Origin: Mustelus asterias
Taxonomy: Eukaryota
NCBI RefSeq assembly: GCF_964213995.1
Contig: NW_027590151.1
Location: forward strand, 496,001-560,000
Length of the DNA: 64,000 nt
Direction: 5' to 3'
The translations under genes and the position numbers were made by a program. The stretch's first letter is position 1, and each line of letters starts with the position of its first letter. Below, piece by piece: positions 52,430 to 61,659 of this stretch. The notes under the pieces are model-generated. The model did no database searches. It was not told the DNA's origin and saw only the letters and a list, made by a program, of their open reading frames with translations.

Positions 52430-53520
52430 AGAAAAGCTACAGCACAAACAGGCCCTTCGGCCTACAAGTTGCGCCAAACATGTCCCTACCTACTAGGCTT
52501 ACCTATAACCCTCCATCTTACCAACTTCCATGAACTTATCCAAAGGTGTCTTAAAAGAACCTATCGAATCCGCCTCCACCACCACTACCGGCAGCCGATT
52601 CCACGCACCCACCACCCTCTGAGTGAAAAACGTACCCCGAACATCTCCTCTGTACCTACTCCCCAGCACCCTAATCTCAAACCATCAAGTCCTGGTAGCA
52701 TCCTAGTAAATCTTTTCTGCACTCTTTCTAGTTTAATAATATCCTTTCCATAATAGGTTGACAAGAACTGTAAACAGTATTCCAAATGTGGTCTTACCAA
52801 TGTCTTGTAGAACTTCAACAAGACGTCCCAACTCCTGTATTCAATGTTCTGACCGATGAAACCAAGCATGCCGAATGCCTTCTTCACCACTCTGTCCACC
52901 TGAGACTCCACTTTCAAGGAGCTATGAACCTGTAACCTTAGATCTTTTTGTTCTATAACTCTCCATAACACCCTCCCATTAAATGAGTAAGTCCTGTTCT
53001 GGTTCGATCGACGAAAATGGATCACTTCGCATTCATCTAAATAAAACTCCATCTTCCATTCACCAGCCCACTGGCCCAATTGATTAAGATCCCATTGCAA
53101 TCCTTGATAACCTTCTTCACTTTCCACTATGCCACCAATCTTGGTGTCATCTGCAAACTTACTAACCACCCCTCCTAAATTCTCATCCAAATCATTAATA
53201 TAAATGACAAATAACAGTGGACCCAGCACCGATCCCTGAGGCACCCCGCTGGTCACAGGCCTCCAGTTTGAAAGACAACCCTCTACAACCACCCTCTATC
53301 TTCTGTCATCAAGCCAATTTTGTATCCATTTAGCAACCTCAACCTGGATCCCGTGAGAGTGTTTCCAGCTTCTGCTCCAACCGAACCATGCGGTTTGTGA
53401 GGAGCTGCAGCTGGTCACACTTCCAGCAGACATAGACGCAGGGACACGAGAAATTTCCCTGATCTCCCACATCTGGCAGGAGGAACATATCACGGCCCTA
53501 ACTGCCATCTCTGCACTTGG
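52430..53520 (-). mobile_element. Internally deleted CR1: ORF1 N-terminus fused to the RT region
   Basis: MAVRAVICSSCQMWE zinc-finger-like ORF1 start (~53360-53510) joined to HGIQVEVAKWIQNWL...[10 protein letters not shown]...FADD. Confidence 0.8.
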
Positions 53521-53855
53521 ACACTGAAAAAAAAAGAATAAGAATCTTACTTGCTTTTGACAAAGAGGGACATTCCCAAACTCTGGGTGGCAACAGCCAG
53601 AGGGGGCGCGGGACGAGATTCTCGGGTCGGGAGCTCCGAGGCAGCGATAACTATGGAACCTCGACTGAATGTTCATTGCTTTCCGCCACCTTTAGATTTT
53701 CGAGATTTATTTTAAGCAATGGGCGTGGCCTAAATTGACGACGTTCGGGCCTGATGTCTTTCAGTTCAGCTCTGAGATCCAGTGTCCCAGAGCAGTCCAG
53801 CTCTGCAGTCTCCAGCTCCCCGTCATATAAACCATCAGCTCCGGGCAGCAGAGCG

Positions 53856-54335
53856 ATGGGAATCCTTCTTGTTTTCAGCCTGTGTGTCTGTTTACCCCGT
53901 GAGTACTGATCACACTAAACTACATTGTGTGGATTGAATAGAAAGCTGCCCCAGTCCATCCCAATTACAGACATTGTCTGGAGTTTTAGCCCCGTTGTGT
54001 GGTTCAGCTCTGATGGGCCTTTAAACTCTCTGTGTTTCATTTCCAGGATCTTTCAGTCAGTCAGTGGAACAGAGCCCGGCAGCGGTGACCAGAAAGGAAT
54101 GTCAGTCCCTCACCATCACCTGTGTTTTCTATGGTGGATTCTTTGCTCGTGCTTTGGAGAGGGCGGAATTCTTCAGACAAATACAGGCTGGGACAAAGCG
54201 GGAGCGGGTCTCCGACGGAGGGAGATTTGTTGTGTCGGTGAATAAAGCAACAAAGACATTTTCGTTGGAAATTCGGGATGTGAGAGTTGAAGACGCCGCC
54301 ACCTATTACTGTAAAGCTCATTACAAAGGCGGCAA
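53856..54335 (+). CDS. NAR-TCR N-terminal IgNAR-like V segment (leader 53856-53898, V exon 54047-54335)
   Basis: Spliced MGILLVFSLCVCLPRSFSQSVEQSPAAVTRKECQSLTITC...ERVSDGGRFVVSVNKATKTFSLEIRDVRVEDAATYYCKA: vNAR hallmarks (CDR2 deletion, GGRF..VN...FSL.I..V.VED.ATYYCKA) and an extra FR1 Cys; RSS CACAGTG (54336-54342), 22 nt, ACTAAAACT. Confidence 0.95.
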
Positions 54336-54699
54336 CACAGTGATGGGTCTTGGCTTCCCGCCATACTAAAACTCTCACTGAAGATTTTCACATAAACAAA
54401 TGAAAAAGCGGAGTTAATCTTCCCTGACACCCGCACAGTTCCATCGCACACCGTCAATCCCACAGTCAAGTTTATAATGAGAATTTGATTATTACCGTTA
54501 ACATTCTGAGTGTTATAAACATGAAGTGTGTGCGGAAGCTGATATCTTTCCGGGATTGGCGTTGATGAACGAAGAATGGAAATGACTGATCCCACCTTAC
54601 AAACCCAAACAAAAGATGGGATCATCGTCTCTCAGCTGGAACTGGGAACCGCAGTCCCCGCTGTTTAATTAATGTCCCTACATCTCACACAGTATATGG

Positions 54700-54772
54700 G
54701 GTTTTGATGCTGAATTATAACACTGTGTAAATGATTGGGGGAGTCACAGTGAAAAGGAGCTGAGCAAATACC
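54700..54772 (+). other. NAR-TCR D segment (coding 54728-54744) flanked by two 12-RSS
   Basis: GGTTTTGAT-12-CACTGTG | TAAATGATTGGGGGAGT | CACAGTG-12-GCAAATACC. Confidence 0.93.
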
Positions 54773-55082
54773 TGTGCACAATTACCTTATACATTTGTAG
54801 GGCCCAGAGAGAGAATTATGGGTTGATGTTATGAGCGCTGCAATCTGGATTAATTACATTGCACTTTCCATCACTCACATCTTTCTTTGATATTTTTCTC
54901 AGTTAATATGAAGCGACTATCTCCTACCTGGGGATATTTACTGAGAACGCGGGGCCTCAAAAAGAACAGTTTGAACTGACAGAGACTTCAAAACATTGAA
55001 TAATATTTATTGATTTAAATCCCCCGAATAATGGGAACTTCCAAATGACTGTGATGATTTCCCGTCAAGTTGAGTAATCGGT

Positions 55083-55172
55083 AGTTCTTGTACGGGGAGA
55101 CTGAGATCGGTATCAGTGTGTACTACTGGTATGAAGCCGATGGATCAGGGACGGTGGTGACTGTCACAGCCG
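55083..55172 (+). other. NAR-TCR J segment (coding 55121-55172)
   Basis: AGTTCTTGT-22-CAGTGTG, then YYWYEADGSGTVVTVTA with G|GTAAGT; IgNAR-like xGxGTVVTV. Confidence 0.93.
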
Positions 55173-57367
55173 GTAAGTGACTCCAAACCCCGCCGTGTTA
55201 CAAAATGTCTCGTTTAACGTTCACCGTCATTTTATTATCGTGATCGGGATCGTTTCAGTCCAATTGTTACGGATAAGGATCTGTTTACAAATCCGTTACA
55301 GATTTCGATTTGGGGGCAGGACGTGATTTAGGAGTCGATCCAGGTCAGCCCTGGGGAAAGCGAGTGTGAGACCTGATGCAGAAGGCGGTCAGCGCTGTAG
55401 GGATAGTGGTGGTTGTGGGGATGGAAGTGGAGGGGTGGGGGTGGATGGGCTGTGATGTGAGGTTTAACAGTATTTGGGTCATTATTAGTTTAACGGGCAC
55501 ATTGGGGTTAACATCCATATCAAGGGCTTTCACAATCCTGATAGTTTATAACAAATTATCGGCACTCTGGAATCCACCTTCGGTGTTAATTGTGACGGAG
55601 GGAGATCTGCCTGTCTCGAACAGCCCGGCACTGGGATCGCAGAGCTCTATCCTGGGCAGTAGACTGCAGTCCCTGCCGTGTAATGTGAAGAAGCTTCCGG
55701 TTGAATGAGATCAGTGCCACTGCGGACAGTTCATTTAACCGCAACAGTTCATCCAATAGCTGTCCCGGGAGACAAATAGAATAAAAGAGACAACAGACTT
55801 CAGACATTAGAGACCCTGGTTAGTTCTAGATTGAATTTTTCAATAGAGAAATCAGTTACTGAAATTAGTGAAATTGTACCTGACATTCCTCTAAACATCC
55901 TCCATAGAACCAATCACTTTCCTCATTTTCCACCGTCAAAAGAGGCATAATTTAAAATGAAACCAAATCCCCCACACATGAAAACACTTTTGTTCGAAAT
56001 GAATATAACTGGAGTTTTACCATTTTTATACTGAAATATTAAACTAAACTGACTTAAACCTATACTTTATTTCTAATGTCCAAAAACACTGAAGAGATTA
56101 GTTAAACTATCTTTGTTTCCTGACAGTTGTCATTTACAGAAGAAAATAAATACATAAATTCGAATAAATTCAAACAGGGAGAGCCAGAATGTGGATCTCG
56201 CTGTCACATTGAATGTTTGGAGCAGAGGCGAGTGGTACATTTATGGGAAGACTCGAAAATACTGAAAGGAGAACAGAATAGACCGACAGAGTGAGCTGGA
56301 TTGAAATTATCAATTTGATTTCTGACGGGTGAGGCTGGTCGGGTGTTTCTATGCAGACATCAGTGAGTTAGACCGAATTGCCTGTTCCTCTTCTGCAGTT
56401 TCTATACAATGTAAAACTTAGAGAAAATTCCGCCCAGAGAGAGCAGAAGAGAATCAGTTAAAGAGCAAAAAAAGAATTGAAATTGTCAGAGAGCCAGAAG
56501 AGGCAGTTCCCAGTGAGTAACTGTAAAACCACTGCAGAAACTGAACAGCATAAACCCAACTGACAACTGAGAGACTTTGGGAGAACTTTCCACGATTGCA
56601 ACGAACCCAAACAGCGCAAAATAAATGTTGAAACAAAATAAAACTGACTGTAAATATTTCCAAGTAAAGAGAAAAGGAGAAAAGATGTTCCTGATAGTTA
56701 GATAGCAGAAGAAAACCAAATAGATGAACAAACAGAGATTCCCGGGAAGTGTTAAACAGATATAAAGGAATGACATTTGAGCACCGATGTTCAACATCAT
56801 TCCATCCCCATTGGAGCTGATGAATCACAGTCATTCCCTGTTGGATCTTGCTGTGCGCTTCGACGTAGCGCAGCTGGGTAGTCACTTGGAACGGATTGCC
56901 TCACTGATAATAAAATATTCCCTCGTGTTTGTCTCTTAGGAAGGGAAATAGAAAGTGAAATATAACATACACCATTGAATCATAGAGTGCAAAAGGGTGA
57001 CATTCGGCCCCTCGAGTAGATGCAGCCCTTTATAAGTGAAATCCAGTTCTTCCCCTCAGTCATGAATTTTCCCCATAACCCTATTTTATTCCTGTTCCGG
57101 CGCTTGACTATTCCCGTGTGTTTGTCACTGTTGATTCAGCTCTCACCATCATTCTGACATTGCATTCCAGACCGTTGCATCTTGTTGTGTAAAGAAAACC
57201 TCATTTTCCACTGGTTTACAATAATAATAACAGTGAATACAATTCCATCAGATTTAAAATAATAATAACACCGGATAAAACTGAGCTACTCCCGCAATTG
57301 ACACATTCCCCTGGTAAACAGTGACTGAACCACAGAAGAAAACGCTGTTTCTTTTTTTATCCTCCAG

Positions 57368-57680
57368 ATTCTAGTTCCCTGGTGTCTAAGAATCCGCCTC
57401 TCCAAACCTCTGCTGCCGATGACACGGTTACATTAAGCTGTGAATATTCAGGGTTCTGTCAGTACACAGTACACTGGTACAGTCAGCCCCCAGGGCAGGC
57501 TCTGAAATACCTGCTTCAGACACACACCTCAGGAGGGGAGAATAAAGAAAATGCTGCCGGGGGGAGAATTTCTGCTTCTATCGATTCTGCCGAGAAAATC
57601 AGCTGGTTAAAGATCTCCAAACTGGAACTGAGCGATTCCGCTGTGTATTACTGTGCACTGAGTCGGAGCACATCTGGGAC
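57368..57680 (+). CDS. Leaderless supporting TCR-delta V of NAR-TCR
   Basis: Strong acceptor tttttttatcctccAG, in phase with the NAR-TCR J donor (G+AT=Asp); DSSSLVSKNPPLQ...TLSCEYSGFCQYTVHWY...DSAVYYCALSRSTSG with extra CDR1 Cys; RSS CACAGTA (57681-57687), 23 nt, ACAATAACC. Confidence 0.94.
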
Positions 57681-57847
57681 CACAGTAGTTGAATCTCTCT
57701 TAATGCCCGTACAATAACCTCCCAGCACCACGGGAGAAAACCAAACTCTCTCAATAGCACCCTCCCAACACCACTCCCCACCACCGCCTTCCATCCCCAC
57801 CGAGCGTACACCATTACTGACCCACCCCCACTGGGACACGGCAGAAG

Positions 57848-57909
57848 TTGTGTGGCTTTTGCTACCAAATAAACCTGTTGGACTTTAGCCTGGTGTTGTT
57901 AAACTTCTT
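57848..57909 (+). mobile_element. 62-bp Penelope-terminus-derived insert with 12-bp TSD
   Basis: ACACGGCAGAAG at 57836-57847 and 57910-57921. Confidence 0.82.
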
Positions 57910-59300
57910 ACACGGCAGAAGGACAGAGAAAGGTGGACGAGACCACAATGGATCTTGTTATGGAATCAAACGGTGTGTAACATGGAGAGACTAGAAAGCT
58001 CATCTTTGGCAATGGAAGCAGGCTGATTGTGAAACCCAGTAAGTAACTAATCCTGGATAATGATTACTCAACATGTTACTTTCCCTCCATGACTTCATTG
58101 AGACATACAATCGCTGTGTTATTTCAATTATCACTGTTGTTGTATGGAACGGGTGAGCAGTTCTCATTGGGAATCCAAAGAGCAGCTTCACTGGGCATTG
58201 AGATAGAGCAATGAGAACTTTATTGTTTCCACAATTCAGGATTGTTTCCTTAAAACATTTAACTGGCCTTTATCATGAAAACCCACTTGGGTAGCTGGCA
58301 AGGAGATGTATTGCTGAAATGATTGTGTGTAATGCAATTAAATGATACATTGATAGATAGTTAAAAGAGGAACAGCCCGATAGAGTCATAGAGCCATAGA
58401 GATAGACAGTACTGTAAAAGTTGCTTCAGCCTAATGAGGGACAGAGATAGAGTAGACAGGAAGACACCTATCCCCATAATAGAGGGATCAATGAGCAGTG
58501 CTTTTTGGGGGCGATGCATTGAGTTAAAGTGCGGGGTAGGAGAGTTAGAGAGAATGTGAAGAGAACTTTTCCCCCAAAGGGCGATAGGAGCCTGGGACTC
58601 AGTGCCTGAAAGGCTGGTGTTGACAGAAACCCACACAACATTTAAGGTGTATTTGGATATGCACTTGAAATGCCATATCACAAACGGCAATGGGCCAAGT
58701 GCTGGAAAATAGGATTAGAAAAGTCAGCTGGTTTACCTTTGGTGGGGCAGACACGATGGGCCGCAGGACCTTTGATGTGCTGTAGACTTCTATTTTATTC
58801 CCTGGTGGGAGAGTCAAGGACCAGAGGCATAATCCTAGAGTAAGGGGTTGTCCATTTAAAGAAAGAGATGATGAAGAATTTCTTCTTTCGGATGGTTCCT
58901 AATCTGTGGACATCTTTACCGCAGAGGGCTGTCGTTAATAATGTTCAGTCCTGGGATAGACAGGTTTTAAATCCACAAGGAATTTGAGGGTTATGGGCAT
59001 ACGGTGGGAAAATGGAGTTGAGGATTATCACATCAGATCAGCCATGATCTCATTGAATGGTGAACCGAATAGCCTACTTCTGCTCAGGGAGAGTTATCAG
59101 GGGAGATGGAAAATATGAAGCACAGTCGATTTATTGATCCAATAATGTGCCTTTTAAAATTGTGAAAAACGTAGTAACTAAGTGTGAGGGAGCGGGAAGG
59201 AGGAAACTGTTACATTTCGTTCGGGAGAGAAGCTAATTAAGACGAGTAACATTAACTTAAACTGAATGTAAGCTAGCCCTGTGTTCATGTGGCTGGTTCT

Positions 59301-59388
59301 ATGTTTTGTGGTAGCCGTTATCACTGTTCTATCTACGAAACTGAGAAGCTTGTCTTGGGCAAAGGGACAAAACTCACTGTGAAGCCCA
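59301..59388 (+). other. TCR J segment 1, probably impaired
   Basis: ATGTTTTGT-12-CACTGTT (coding-proximal heptamer base altered); IYETEKLVLGKGTKLTVKP (F>L) with intact A|GTAAGT. Confidence 0.85.
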
Positions 59389-60015
59389 GTAAGTCCTCAA
59401 CTATTTTCCATCCTGATCTATTTACAGTAGGGGGATAATTGAAAGTTACAGTTCGAATATATAAGTTACGATATCGTGTTTTTTTTTCAATCAGTATCGA
59501 CTTTTGGGGAGGAGGGGTAATATAATGGCCATTAATAATTTGAGGAGGTCTTGTGGCGTAGTGTGTTAAAGTCTCTGCCTCTGAGCCAGAAACGTCGGGT
59601 TCGAGTTCTAATCAATGTACTTGATGGCCAAGGAAGCTGAGTTCATAACGCGGCCCAACACTGGTGGTAAGAGTGGGAGCGATTCCTGCTCAGCCACGTT
59701 TGATATGGAGCGTGGCTTCCTAAATCTCTAAGCCCCTGGCAACAGTATAGCGAACTGTTCCAAAAATAGCTAGCTCTGGAAGCAGATTAATTCTGCCTTT
59801 GTGCACCACTGGGTGCAGTAAGGGAATTTGGGGTTAGATGTCCTTCGTGTTATACAATCGTATAAGATTCATTGTTCCTCTGTTGGTGGTAAATCAATTT
59901 TAAGATGAACTCTTCGCACACCATGGCAGCTTTCAAGGCACCCCGCCCATTAGGCAATGTTCCAGTTTCCTTGCTATGTGTATTAGCCAGAAACTGAATG
60001 ACCTTATGCATTGAT

Positions 60016-60109
60016 AGCTTTCTGCTGGCAATGTGTCACGGCGCTTATTACTATGACGGTAGTTAGAAACTCACCTTTGGCAGCGGAATCCAATTGATTG
60101 TTGCGCCAA
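60016..60109 (+). pseudogene. TCR J segment 2, pseudogene
   Basis: YYYDGS*KLTFGSGIQLIVAP with A|GTAAGC; in-frame TAG; degenerate RSS (CACGGCG). Confidence 0.85.
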
Positions 60110-60681
60110 GTAAGCGCCAGCTGATTTCTCGGCATCCTTCGATGGACCTTTCTGCTGAACCCGTGTCCAACAAATGGTGACAAAGAGCGAAAATAATTAA
60201 TTAATTCAATTTAATAATACGTTGTTAAGTAGATCAACGTATCATTAGACAGTTAAGTAGAGAGATAGCGATCCACGGGATATAATTAGTAAATTCACAG
60301 ATAACACAACAAGTGGTGGTGTGGTAAATAGTGAGGAGGAAAGCTTTCAATTGCAGTACGATACAGAGGGATTGATCAAATGGGCAGAGCAGTGGAAAAT
60401 TGAAATTTAACTCTGAAAATGTGAGATGACGCATTCTGGGGGGACTAACATGGCAAGAGAGTTGAGAGAAGTTAATGAAACGCTGCATGGAAGGAACGTT
60501 AAACCTCTAGCTGTGTGTTGTGCTTTTGTGAAATAGAGAAAATCAAATATAATTGGAGTTCGTTGGGGAGTGGTTTCAGGGAGAGTTGCAGTTGCATTTT
60601 CCTCTTGCAACTTGAATCCTAATCTATAGTTAAAACATCAAGCAAGACCTCTGTCATTACTGTTCCCAAGAGAGTAACCGA

Positions 60682-60773
60682 TTTGTTTAGTATCTGGAAC
60701 GACAGTGTCACCCCCGCCGATGAAAGGCTGAACCTTGGCACTGGAACCAAAGTCACTGTGGAACCCAATAAGC
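60682..60773 (+). pseudogene. TCR J segment 3, pseudogene
   Basis: TPADERLNLGTGTKVTVEP; heptamer CAGTGTC; donor reads ATAAGC. Confidence 0.8.
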
Positions 60774-61057
60774 ACCCTCACAAAAAGTGAAGCACTGCGG
60801 ACGCAGAAAATCTGAACAATATTTACTGAGAATTAAATTCCCATTTGTAAAGTGGATAGAAATATATGTCATATGGAGCTAACAGGCTGGAAGAGGGAAT
60901 TGCATTTAAATTGGTGGATGGGGAAATATTTTTCTTTCAAGATATAACCTGCCCTGGCTATTGAAGTCAGCAGAAGCTGAAATTGAACTCAAAACTCAAA
61001 CTCAGGAGAAATAAAATGTAAATAAATCTTATATTTCGGCTCATCTGGTTCGGTTTA

Positions 61058-61150
61058 ATTTTTTGTCACATTGTGTACAGATGTTCTAGCACCAAAACTT
61101 TAAAACTTATCTTTGGCAGAGCAACGCATTCACTATTCAACCGAATAAGA
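61058..61150 (+). pseudogene. TCR J segment 4, pseudogene
   Basis: SSTKTLKLIFGRAT, then frameshift to FTIQP; donor reads ATAAGA; RSS degenerate. Confidence 0.75.
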
Positions 61151-61320
61151 CATTTAAAATTTTCAGTTTGGATCTGGTTAGAATTTAAGTAGCTGAAGTT
61201 TCCTTCAAGGGTCTCAAGGGCTCTTCCTAATGTGAACTTTGTATATATTGCTCTGCCCTCGAATTAATGAGTGTGATTCATCATGCGCTAAATGACAGCT
61301 GCATCTTCACTCCAATGGAA

Positions 61321-61415
61321 GGTTTATGTCTGTGCTCTTTGTACTGTGCATTATGATGATACAGTGAAGCTCATATTTGGCAGAGGCACCCAGTTAACTG
61401 TTGTGCCAAATGAGT
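61321..61415 (+). pseudogene. TCR J segment 5: good 12-RSS and ORF, dead splice donor
   Basis: GGTTTATGT-12-TACTGTG; HYDDTVKLIFGRGTQLTVVP (61349-61409); donor reads ATGAGT. Confidence 0.88.
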
Positions 61416-61659
61416 ACGATTGGAAGTTACATTCATTTTGTTTCATGCAGATTATGTTTTCGCTATATGGTGTCTGACAAATAGCAAGTAGACAACGATA
61501 CAAAGTATTACATGGAATACAATTGAACGCATTCTGCCTGTAAGATGAGCTTCAAGAAGATAGGGAGACAGCTAGCTCAGGTCTCAATGCTTATTTAGAC
61601 ATGCTGCAGGTGGCAGGCCAATCTTTAGGCCTCAGCAATGTGACAGGCATTGATGGGTG

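Noticed and set aside
51205-52477. Cys/Val-rich and His/Thr-rich ORFs
   Set aside because: Translation artefacts of the TG/CA array.
53826-53831. TATAAA before the NAR V leader
   Set aside because: Only ~25 bp from the ATG, leaving almost no 5' UTR; not convincing.
54374-55082. Additional NAR-TCR D segments as in IgNAR clusters
   Set aside because: Other heptamer-like words lack properly spaced nonamers; only one D is supported.
57720-59300. Possible D-delta (e.g. CACAATG near 57944)
   Set aside because: No nonamer at 12 or 23 spacing and no paired heptamer.
59545-59620. tRNA-like sequence between J1 and J2
   Set aside because: A/B boxes without a closed cloverleaf; probably a SINE head.
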